64,000 bases of DNA, taken from Azolla caroliniana (lineage: Eukaryota > Plantae > Polypodiophyta). Shown here one piece after another: positions 27,225 to 37,312 of the stretch. Location: positions 19,964,001-20,028,000 of the forward strand of contig JBHGNT010000011.1 of the NCBI GenBank assembly GCA_043228905.1. Reading direction: 5' to 3'. A program made the translations under genes and the position numbers. Under the pieces are notes generated by a model that made no database searches, had not been told where the DNA came from, and worked only from the letters and a program-made list of their open reading frames with translations. The stretch's first letter is position 1; each line of letters begins with the position of its first letter.

Positions 27225-28721
27225 CCGGACGTACAAGGAAGACACAAACACACGCACAAAATGCTCGTATGCCTTTATGAGGAGGAGAGGTGCATGGGCA
27301 AGCCCGAAACGGTCCCTCGTCACAAGACGGCCGAACGTACAAGGAAGACACAAACACACACAGAATTGATCGTACGTCTTTATGAGGAGGAGAGGTGCAT
27401 GGACACGCCCGAAATGCTCCCTCGTCACAAGACTGCCGAATGTACAAGGAAGACACAAACACACACACAAATGCTCGTACGCCTTTATGAGGAGGAGAGG
27501 TGCATGGGCAAGCCCGAATGGTCCCCTCGTCACAAGACGGCCGAACGTACAAGAAAGACACAAACACACGCACAAATGCTCGTACGCCTTTATGAGGAGG
27601 AGAGGTGCATGGGCAAGCCTGAACGGTCCCCTCGTCACAAGACGGCTGAACGTACACGGAAGACACAAACACACACACAAATGCTCGTACGCTTTTATGA
27701 GGAGGAGAGGTGCATGGGCAAGCCCGAACGGTCCCCTCGTCACAAGACGACCGAACGTACACGGAAGACACAAACACATGCACAAATGCTTGTACATCTT
27801 TATGAGGAGGAGAGGTGCATGGGCACGCCCGAAACGCTCCCTCGTCACAAGACTACCGAACGTACAAGGAAGACACGAATAAAGAAAGAAGGAGAGAAAG
27901 AAACACGAATGATATCAACCAAAGAGATAAAATAGGGTTTTGTTTACAATGACAACTTATAGTTAACTACAAGCTCAATCAAAACATAAATATTAAATGC
28001 CCTTAGAGACAAAAGCAAATCTGAACACGACGAAGATGAACACATGAGCACCACCAAAATGCCAATCCCAACGAACCACGACCACTCGAACGGCGAGCAC
28101 ACGGGCTCGCAACGACGAACGGGGCGGAGCAACATCGAACCAACGAAGCTTCGGTTGACGAGCACTTCGAGTGCCGACGTGAAGAAGATGAGCATGTGGC
28201 GATGGGGGGATGAAGGGGTATGAGATGAAGAGAAGTGGTGAATAAGAAGATGAAGAGCTTTGAAGGAAAATTGGCGATAGTCTCCTCCTCCCAAAATGTC
28301 CTCCCGAATGAGCCCCCTCGACCTCCTTTTATAGGAAAAAGAAGAAGGGGGGGTTGCCAAATTTGTCTTCAATGAAAAAGGAATAAAATTCCTTAAATCA
28401 CGCTGCACTGTAAGTCCAAATTCAAACCGTGCACCTCTAGCTAGTAGTCAATGTGACTATCCACTAGCCCACTAATTCTCTCTTAAATAATATATAATTC
28501 TATCTCTATAAATTTATAGCTTGTCTCCCCTCTACCTTTTATCTTTGCTCTCTCTTACTTTTTGCATGAGCTTCTATACCTCCTTTTCACCCTTTCTTTT
28601 CCTTTTTATTTTGCATATGCACAATTATTCGTTTTTGTGTGCACACACATTGCACATGCACATTTTTGACCCCCCCCCTTTCACCAGTTTTTCCCACTCT
28701 CGAGCACACCACATCACGACA

Positions 28722-30901
28722 ACGTGAGCCTCCACATTTGTCCCATATCATGATACATTGACATTGCAAGAAGGCCTCATTTACAGAGGAATCTAATGAT
28801 GCAGCATGAAGCAAGTGTCTCGCATCCCATCTACCAAACCATTTTTCTATATCTTGCAGATAACCGGATCCGGAACACAAATTTTTTCTTTTATGCGTCT
28901 TTTGGATCTTTTTGCTTGCTTCCCACGCAATTCTAGGAAGTTGATGTGAGGGACTTTTTTGAACCTTAAGCATGTATTCAACAACCCTTTCCATGGCCAT
29001 GATCTCAATGGGAAGCGATCCCGTCTTAAGGAGGAGGGTGTAGGGCGTTTGTTTCTTAACTTGTCAAAACTTTGTAAGAAAATGTTTTTGGACATTTTCA
29101 AACTCTTTCCACATAGATTTAGGGATGCTACCGCCCCATACTTCCACCCCATAGAGAAGTACCAATGTCACCAAAGTGTCAAAAAGATATTTCTTGAGGA
29201 CCCAACACTTAATATCTTCGAGATTGCATGTGTTCTCAAATGCATAGTATGCTCGCTTACCCGCTTCTAAGCGGCGTGTAGTACATTCATTCCATCTATG
29301 ATTTGAAGGAACTTCAAGGCCAAGATATTTGAAGTTTTCCACACATTCAAGTGGCTCATTGTTGTACATAATGCATGGTTTATCTCTTTTTTGGCTCTTC
29401 ACAAGCATAATCTTTGTTTTAGAGCTATTGACACTTAATTTAATATGCATGGAAATTTTTTCCAATGCCTTCATAAGCTTTTGTGCATCTCCTAAAGTAT
29501 TTGCAAAAAGCACTACATCATTTGCATATAGCAAAAGCATAATCACAACATTCCCAATGGCAACTTCTTCAACACATTCTTCCTTTGCAAACTTGGTAAC
29601 CATTTCTTCCAATTCATCAATGTATAGACCAAATACTGTTGGTGAGAGTGGGCATCCTTGCTTAACACCAATAGTGCTTTTGAAAAAATTTGAAAGTTTA
29701 TCTCTCATGCACACACAACATATGACCTTCTCATAAAGTCGGGAAATTGCAAGCATATATTCACCTGGTACTTCAAGTTCTTCCATTCGCCTCCAAAGAT
29801 GCTCACGAGGTACCATATCAAAAGCTTTCTTGAAGTCTACAAAGCAACAATATAAACCTTTACCTCTAAGGCGACTTTCCTCCATTAATACTCGAAGGGT
29901 GATAAGGTGATTAATGGTGCTATGGTGTTTCCGAAAGCCAGCTTGTCCATAAGCTCTCTTACCATTTTTTTCAGCCCATACACTTATCTTTGATTCCATT
30001 ATACATCCAAATAGTTTTGCCATTAATTAGCCAACCATGATGGTTCGATAATTGTTTACATTATTTATATCTCCACCTTTATGTAAAGGTTTGATCCAAT
30101 TTGTAGTCCAATCATACTGCATACCATGTTGCAATGCATCATTAAACATATCGCTTATCCATATATGTGCTTCCTTTCCCGTCCATTTGAGCATTTCAGC
30201 CTTTATACATTGAAGATCGCTTGCCTTTCGAGAGGCCAATTTCTTAAGTCCTATGCATATATATCTTCAATTGTAAAGAAAGGAGGCATATGTGAAAGAG
30301 AACCATAACACATCATCTTTCCAGCAAGAGATAACTCATATAAATTCTTACAATGCATAGACAAGTCGTGAAGAGTTAGTTAAGTCACCATAACTCTCAA
30401 CACATTTCCTCTTTAGATTTCCCCAAAATTTAGCACATGCATGTGCTTTCTCTTGCATTTGGATAAATTGTTGAGTAACTTCCCATATTCTTCTCTTTCT
30501 TTGAATAAGCCTTTTATACTCATGCAAATGCTTTTGGTAATTCTCTTTATCCTTAACTACATTCAAAACCATAAGGCACTTTCGAGCTTCACGACATTCT
30601 TTATCAAACCATTTTTTCCTAAGTTTCTTGGTGCATTTCCAAGATGTGCGGTTGGTCGAAAAATATTTGTTGTATCTTTGTCATTTGTAACATATCCTCA
30701 ACCATCTTGGAATACATGGGTGCTCGCTTAAGGTTCATGCTCAAGTGCGGTTGTTTATTATCTTCAATAGCCTTCTCAAAATCAAACCTATGCATACATT
30801 TGAGATCAATACATAAAGGCCCATGATCGGATTCCGGTGTCCATTCACCAAGTGAGAATTTATGTATACGATCCAAAATACCTTCGGAAAGTAGCACATA
30901 G
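28722..30901 (-). mobile_element. LINE fragment 2 of 3: end of APE endonuclease plus reverse transcriptase (degenerate)
   Basis: ESDHGPL, NNYRTIM, QAGFRK, FVDFKKAFD, GVKQGCPLSP, LLYANDVVL, FKYLG motifs with stops and frameshifts. Confidence 0.92.
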
Positions 30902-31510
30902 TGTTGGAATTGCGGTCCCTTCGGATGGGATGGTCGGATGTCGGAGATGAATGCCGACAAGCCCGGTTTCGGTTTCGGAACCGGATGATGAAGACCCCGA
31001 CTTCGGAGCCGGATGACGAATGTACCCGGAGAGCGATCCGAATACAGGGACATATCCGTGAATATGTCTGCTATGGGCCCCTGAGGCTATAGTTGTAAAT
31101 AGCCCCAAAGTCATATATGTATAAATATGACTTAGGGCAAACAGTTTTACTGTTGCTACCCATTTTTCTGTTTTTCCACTCAAGAGGAGTGAAGAGGGAG
31201 CAGCCGTGAGAGAGAGAGAGAGATAGAGCGCGAGAGAGGAAGAGGTAGACGCCTCTGTGTATTTCCGCCGCCTGTGGCGAGGACAGCGAGCTCTAGGTCG
31301 TTGCCTTGCAGCTCGCCATTGTATATTTCTCTGTGCATAGTTTGGTTTGGAGTCTCGCACTCCCGTGGTTTTTCCCGTATAGGGTTTTCCACGTTAATCC
31401 CTGTGTATCGTGTCTTTCTCTGTATTTCCTATTTTCTGCTGCATTGATCCGTGATTACTCGGTTGTGGCCGAGGGAAGAAGGTGAATCGAAGCGTTGATT
31501 CCCAACAAAC

Positions 31511-31522
31511 TGGTATCAGAGC
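31511..31522 (+). promoter_or_regulatory. C1 primer-binding site for initiator tRNA-Met
   Basis: TGGTATCAGAGC, 3 nt after the 5'LTR. Confidence 0.92.
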
Positions 31523-31536
31523 GACTGTTGCAGAAA

Positions 31537-34500
31537 ATGGAAGGCGGCGGCAGCGGGCAGCCGATGATGATGGTGCTGAATGCGCAGAATTACGCCGACT
31601 GGAAGATCAAGATGGAGGATCTTCTGATTGTTCGGGACCTGTACGAACCGATTGACAGGTCGGAAATACCGAAAGGGGTACTTGAGTCGGAGTGGAAGCT
31701 CCTGAACCGGAAAGCCGTAGCGACGATCCGACAATATGTCGATGTAAGCGTCCTACAACATGTGGCGAACGACACCAACGCATATGAGATGTGGAAGAAG
31801 CTGTCGGGCCTCTATGAGAGGAAGAATGCGTTGAACCGGACCTCCCTGATGAGGAAGATAGTGAATCTCAAGTACCGGGACGGCGAGAGTATGGTTGAAC
31901 ACGTAAGCACGTTCATGGGATTCGTGAATCAACTTGCGGCGATCAAGTTCCCGTTGGAGGATGCAATGCAAGCCATCATCCTGATGTGTACATTGCCGGA
32001 AAGCTGGGAGAACTTGGTGGTGACTCTCAGCACCTCGTGCACCGAAGATAACTTGTCCTTACAAACGGTAAAGACAAGTATTCTGAATGAAGAAGCGCGT
32101 CGGAGAGATAAGGAACCGGCCTCCGACCCGAAGATGCTGTTTACCGAATCGGATCGGGGAAGACAATGGAACCGGAGTCCGCAAAGACGGGAGAAGTCGG
32201 GGACCCGGTCGCAGTCAAGAGGAAGGCCCACATGCTTCCACTGTGGGAAGCCGGGGCACTTCCGAAAGAATTGTCGGCATTACCGAAAAGACAATGGAAC
32301 CGACAACACCGATTCGAAGAAGTCACCGGAGAGAAACGGTGCATACCGGGGAGCCACGGACCGGAATGGTTCGGATCGGCGAGGACAGGACCGGAAAGGA
32401 ACGACGGCACTCGCGGCAAGTGAAGAGGAGATCATGCTCATCACCGAAGAAGGTGAACTAAACATTGCCGGCGATGAGACGACCTGGGTGGTCGATTCCG
32501 GAGCATCGTTCCACCTGACCCCGGAGAGAAGATACTTCTCATCCTACACAGCCGGTGAGCATGGCTGTGTTCGGATGGGAAATGAAGGTACGTGCCGGAT
32601 TGCCGGCATCGGAGACGTGTGGTTGACAACCCCGACCGGATGCAAAATGCTGCTGAAGGATGTCCGACACGTTCCGGAGGTTCGATTGAACCTGATTTCG
32701 GCCGGGAGGCTAGACGATGAAGGCTACACAGGTAGCATCCGGAACGGCGTAATGAAGTTCAGCAAGGGGAGCCTGATAGTGGCTCGGGCCCGGAAGGTCA
32801 ACACACTGTACCTGATGAATGCCCGGTTATGTCCGGAAGAGCTGAATGTGGCAACCGACACTGCCGGTGAGCTGTGGCACAAAAGACTGTGCCACATGAG
32901 TGAGAAGGGGATGAAGAGGCTTGCAGAAGACAACCTTATTCCAGTGAAGCATGTGCACCTGGAGAAGTGCACCGATTGCCTGGCCGGTAAGCAGAACCGA
33001 ACCTCCTTCCACTCAAGGCCACCGACGAGACGTAGCGCACCATTGGAGTTGGTGCACACTGACGTGTGTCAGGTAGAGACGAAGTCACATGGCGGAGCCC
33101 AGTACTTCGTAACATTCATCGATGATCACAGCCGGAAGCTGTGGACGGCACCGTTGAAGACAAAGGACCAAGTGTTGTGCGTCTTCAAAGAACTCCACGC
33201 GAGAGTGGAAAGGGAATCCGGCAAGAAGCTGAAAGCGATACGAGCGGATAACGGAGGGGAATACCGGGGGCAGTTCGCGGAGTACTGTCGCTCGAAGGGA
33301 ATCCGGCTCGAGTTTACTGTGCCGAAGACGCCGGAACTGAACGGGCTGGCTGAGAGGATGAACCGGACCATAATGGAGAGGGTCCGGAGTATGCTGGCGC
33401 ATGCGAAATTACCCAAGGGGTTTTGGGCTGAGGCAATGTCGACGGCGACATACGTGATAAACAGATCACCCTCAGTACCTTTGGACGGAGACACGCCGCA
33501 GAAAGTGTGGACCGGTAAGGAAGTGTCCTACCGGCATCTGAAGGTGTTCGGGTGTCTCGCATACGTGCATGTGGCAAAGGACCGGAGAGGAAAGCTAGAT
33601 CCAAAGACCCGGCCATGCATATTCCTCGGTTACGGCGACGACGAGTTCGGCTACCGAGTATGGGACCCGGTCGACAAGAAGATATTCAGGAGTCGAGACA
33701 TCATCTTCATGGAGGACAAGACACTCGCCGACTGGGAGTCGGAGAAGAAGGTAAAGAGCTCCAAGTCGACCGGTGAGGATCAACTCTACAAGGAGCAGTC
33801 CCGACCGGCAAGGGACCGGTTAGCACTCGAGGATCCGGCCGAAGACGGTGAAGAAACAGAACCGGCCGAAGAAGATGAAAACGATACCGGAACCGGCCCC
33901 GATCCCAAAATGGATTCGGATGAAGAAGAATCGGAAGAACCGGTTACCGAAGCTCCGGAACGGAGATATCCTCTAAGAGAGAGGAGGGCCCCCCGGAGAT
34001 TTCCGGATCCAGAGCACGTGCTGCTAACCGACGAGGGGGAGCCGGAGAGCTTTGAAGAAGCAAAGCACGACACCCAGAGCCGCAGGTGGTTGAGTGCCAT
34101 GCAGGACGAGATGGATTCCCTGCATGAGAACCACACATATGAACTTGTGGAGTTGCCGAAAGGAAAGCGGGCACTTCGAAACAAGTGGGTGTTCAAGCTG
34201 AAGCCGGGAGATGCCGGAAACCCCCCGAGATACAAAGCCAGGATCGTGGTGAAGGGGTTTCAGCAGAAGAAGGGCGTCGACTTCGACGAGATATTTGCCC
34301 CGGTAGTGAAGATGACCTCCATCCGGACGGTGCTGAGCATAGCGGCAAGCATGGACCTCGAGGTAGAACAGATGGATGTGAAGACGGCATTCCTTCACGG
34401 TGACCTCGAAGAAGAGATCTACATGCAGCAACCGGAAGGATTCGAGAAGGAAGGGAAGGAGCACCTGGTATGCCGGTTGAAGAAGAGCCTTTACGGACTG

Positions 34501-35610
34501 AAGCAGGCTCCCCGGCAATGGTACCGGAAGTTCGACTCCTTCATGACCGACGAAGGGTACCTCAAAACGCAGTCCGACCACTGCGTGTTTGTGAAGAAGT
34601 TCGAAGGAGGAGACTTTCTAATACTCCTCCTGTACGTGGACGACATGTTGATCGTCAGACGGGACCAGGTCAAGATACAGATGCTGAAGAAGGCTCTTCA
34701 CCGAACCTTCTCAATGAAGGACCTGGGTTCGGCAAGGCAAATACTAGGGATGCACATCATCCGGGACCGGAAAAAGAAGCAGTTGTGGCTGTCACAGGAG
34801 AAGTACGTGACGAAGGTGCTTCACCGGTTCAACATGTCGGAAGCAAGACCGGTCGGATCGACCCTCCCGGCAAACTGCAAGCTGTCCAGCAAGCAAAGTC
34901 CCAAGACAAAGGCTGAAAAGGAGGATATGATGAATGTGCCGTATGCCTCAGCCGTCGGGAGCTTGATGTATGCCATGGTGTGTACGAGACCGGACATCGG
35001 ATATGCAGTCGGAGTGGTGAGCCGGTACATGAGCAATCCCGGCAAAGAGCATTGGAACACGGTCAAGTGGATACTCCGATACCTGAAGGGCACAACGAAT
35101 GTGTGCCTCCGATTCGGCTCCGGTAAACCCGAACTCGACGGTTTCACCGATTCGGATATGTCGGCTGATACAGATACCAGCCGGTCCACATCAGGGTATG
35201 TGATGACGTATGCAGGGGGAGCTGTTTCGTGGCAGTCGAGGCTGCAGAAGACGGTTGCGTTGTCAACCACGGAGGCGGAGTACATGGCGGCTGTTGAAGC
35301 CGGCAAGGAAATAATATGGATGAAGGACTTCATTAGAGAGCTCGGTATCCGGCAGGAGGAGTACCGACTCTACTGCGACAGTCAGAGTGCAATCCACCTT
35401 GCGAAGAACGCGGCCTATCACTCCCGGACGAAGCACATCCAGCGAAGATATCACTGGATCCGGGAAAGGATAGAAGACAAGGAGTTCGTGCTGACAAAGA
35501 TCCACACGGACGAAAACGGGTCGGATATGCTGACCAAGGTCCTCACACCCGACAAGCTGGAAGCATGCCGGAAGAGGATCGGATTGGAGAGACATCCCAT
35601 GCCGAAGTGA
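31537..35610 (+). CDS. Copia Gag-Pol polyprotein (gag, CCHC knuckle, PR, IN, RT, RNase H), uninterrupted
   Basis: First ATG after the PBS at 31537. CFHCGKPGHFRKNC, WVVDSGAS, LWHKRLCH, IRADNGGEY, LLYVDDML, FTDSD and YCDSQSA motifs in Copia order. Confidence 0.96.
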   Translation: MEGGGSGQPMMMVLNAQNYADWKIKMEDLLIVRDLYEPIDRSEIPKGVLESEWKLLNRKAVATIRQYVDVSVLQHVANDTNAYEMWKKLSGLYERKNALNRTSLMRKIVNLKYRDGESMVEHVSTFMGFVNQLAAIKFPLEDAMQAIILMCTLPESWENLVVTLSTSCTEDNLSLQTVKTSILNEEARRRDKEPASDPKMLFTESDRGRQWNRSPQRREKSGTRSQSRGRPTCFHCGKPGHFRKNCRHYRKDNGTDNTDSKKSPERNGAYRGATDRNGSDRRGQDRKGTTALAASEEEIMLITEEGELNIAGDETTWVVDSGASFHLTPERRYFSSYTAGEHGCVRMGNEGTCRIAGIGDVWLTTPTGCKMLLKDVRHVPEVRLNLISAGRLDDEGYTGSIRNGVMKFSKGSLIVARARKVNTLYLMNARLCPEELNVATDTAGELWHKRLCHMSEKGMKRLAEDNLIPVKHVHLEKCTDCLAGKQNRTSFHSRPPTRRSAPLELVHTDVCQVETKSHGGAQYFVTFIDDHSRKLWTAPLKTKDQVLCVFKELHARVERESGKKLKAIRADNGGEYRGQFAEYCRSKGIRLEFTVPKTPELNGLAERMNRTIMERVRSMLAHAKLPKGFWAEAMSTATYVINRSPSVPLDGDTPQKVWTGKEVSYRHLKVFGCLAYVHVAKDRRGKLDPKTRPCIFLGYGDDEFGYRVWDPVDKKIFRSRDIIFMEDKTLADWESEKKVKSSKSTGEDQLYKEQSRPARDRLALEDPAEDGEETEPAEEDENDTGTGPDPKMDSDEEESEEPVTEAPERRYPLRERRAPRRFPDPEHVLLTDEGEPESFEEAKHDTQSRRWLSAMQDEMDSLHENHTYELVELPKGKRALRNKWVFKLKPGDAGNPPRYKARIVVKGFQQKKGVDFDEIFAPVVKMTSIRTVLSIAASMDLEVEQMDVKTAFLHGDLEEEIYMQQPEGFEKEGKEHLVCRLKKSLYGLKQAPRQWYRKFDSFMTDEGYLKTQSDHCVFVKKFEGGDFLILLLYVDDMLIVRRDQVKIQMLKKALHRTFSMKDLGSARQILGMHIIRDRKKKQLWLSQEKYVTKVLHRFNMSEARPVGSTLPANCKLSSKQSPKTKAEKEDMMNVPYASAVGSLMYAMVCTRPDIGYAVGVVSRYMSNPGKEHWNTVKWILRYLKGTTNVCLRFGSGKPELDGFTDSDMSADTDTSRSTSGYVMTYAGGAVSWQSRLQKTVALSTTEAEYMAAVEAGKEIIWMKDFIRELGIRQEEYRLYCDSQSAIHLAKNAAYHSRTKHIQRRYHWIRERIEDKEFVLTKIHTDENGSDMLTKVLTPDKLEACRKRIGLERHPMPK

Positions 35611-36226
35611 AGGGGGAGTTTGTTGGGATTGCGGTCCCTTCGGATGGGATGGTCGGATGTCGGAGATGAATGCCGACAAGCCCGGTTTCGGTTTCGGAAC
35701 CGGATGATGAAGACCCCGACTTCGGAGCCGGATGACGAATGTACCCGGAGAGCGATCCGAATACAGGGACATATCCGTGAATATGTCTGCTATGGGCCCC
35801 TGAGGCTATAGTTGTAAATAGCCCCAAAGTCATATATGTATAAATATGACTTAGGGCAAACAGTTTTACTGTTGCTACCCATTTTTCTGTTTTTCCACTC
35901 AAGAGGAGTGAAGAGGGAGCAGCCGTGAGAGAGAGAGAGAGATAGAGCGCGAGAGAGGAAGAGGTAGACGCCTCTGTGTATTTCCGCCGCCTGTGGCGAG
36001 GACAGCGAGCTCTAGGTCGTTGCCTTGCAGCTCGCCATTGTATATTTCTCTGTGCATAGTTTGGTTTGGAGTCTCACACTCCCGTGGTTTTTCCCGTATA
36101 GGGTTTTCCACGTTAATCCCTGTGTATCGTGTCTTTCTCTGTATTTCCTATTTTCTGCTGCATTGATCCGTGATTACTCGGTTGTGGCCGAGGGAAGAAG
36201 GTGAATCGAAGCGTTGATTCCCAACA

Positions 36227-36818
36227 CATAGTCAATCACACTATTTCCGTTGTGTTTTCTACATGTAAAACCATTAGTGTTGGGCCATAAGGAAATATCA
36301 TTTGCAATAAGCAATCCGGTACTATTGCACATTTGTAGGAGTAACTTCCCAAATTGGTCCGAATCTTTTTCATCGCTAGAAGGGCGGCTATACATTTGCA
36401 TATCCTCTTGCATCCTTGAGATATGTGGCATGAAAGATTCTTGTGAATCAAGTAGGAAACTTCTTGTACTAGCATTCATGTCACCAAAGACAATAACTTC
36501 CCCTTTGGATTTGAAATAAGCAATATCATCTTCTAGATTGGCAAACGGTTGATCTTTATCCAAACAAGCATAAAAATTAGAATCTTGATGAGGAATGTAA
36601 CATCCAACTACAAAAGTGGGCAAATCATTAGGTGTTTCTATTTTGAGCCATATGTAGCATTTATGTTCATCATTTTTTATGATTGACACATATTTCTCTA
36701 TTTCCTTCTTAATCAAACATGCCACCCCTCCTTGTCCTCTTCTTTGTCTTGGATTTTTTCTTCCATATCAAAGAGTGTACATTATAGTTTCCTAAACCTT
36801 GAATCCTTTGAGTATCAT
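36227..36818 (-). mobile_element. LINE fragment 1 of 3: APE endonuclease
   Basis: GGVACLIK, GCYIP, VFGDMNA, SVIDYV; joins LLSEG...SDH in frame after removing C1 and one CATAG. Confidence 0.9.
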
Positions 36819-37211
36819 TGTTATTCCTTAGGGCCGGACAATGGCCTAACACACGGTGTCTACGGAAGACACTTCACCAAAGGGTGTTACGGCGAGATAA
36901 CTTAAGACACAACGATTAATTAGACTTAATTGGTTACTTAGCAATATGGCATTAGATTTGATACACGCGTATGATAGAACAATTAGTACAAAACGGTAAT
37001 CAATACTTAAAGATAAAACAAGAAGCTCTATTAATTATCCGTCAAAGTTTTACATTGTAACCGGGCCTTTATATAGGTCACCGATGCTGAGTACAGAACG
37101 ATGCCAACTGGCACCTGTTCGGAATTGGTCTGGATCTGAATCGGCATACCGATTCCGGTCCGTCCGTTCACGTCCCATAAACTACTTAATTATAATCTAT
37201 TCCGAATAACC
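36819..37211 (-). repeat. A1 3'LTR (~390 bp)
   Basis: TGTTATTC...GAATAAC(C) terminal inverted repeat (last base mutated), abutting a PPT and interrupting the LINE endonuclease. Confidence 0.75.
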
Positions 37212-37312
37212 CATCCCTTTCACATTCTGGTCTTTAACTCCTTTGCCGGTCGGGTAACACATGGCACGCTCGTGGGACAATACCTTGTACGTCGAATCCC
37301 ACCATCTGGCCC

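Larger units (their letters stand above)
20384..28721 (-). mobile_element. G1: Ty3/Gypsy LTR retrotransposon, internally deleted, inserted in the LINE
   Basis: TGTCG...CGACA ends, TSD GCGT/ACGT, PBS at 24611-24627, degenerate gag-PR. The pol start is fused to a truncated 3'LTR at ~21848. Confidence 0.9.
24633..28721 (-). repeat. G1 5'LTR (~1.96 kb net) interrupted by S1 and G2, with 8 copies of the ~105-bp unit
   Basis: Starts TGTCGTGA next to the PBS and ends CACGACA at 28721. Matches the 3'LTR after removing the two insertions. TATAAA-like box near 28327-28333 on the minus strand. Confidence 0.88.
30902..36226 (+). mobile_element. C1: full-length Ty1/Copia LTR retrotransposon (Tnt1/Tork-like), recent
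   Basis: 606-bp LTRs 30902-31507 and 35621-36226 (TGTTGG...CCAACA, 2 differences seen), 5-bp TSD CATAG, PBS TGGTATCAGAGC at 31511, PPT GAAGGGGGAG. Confidence 0.97.

Noticed and set aside
31495-31536. ORF-track start of the Copia polyprotein at 31495
   Set aside because: Non-ATG start spanning the LTR end and PBS; the first ATG at 31537 is preferred.
31516-35902. Many antisense and alternate-frame ORFs over the Copia
   Set aside because: Shadow ORFs of GC-rich coding DNA with no motifs.
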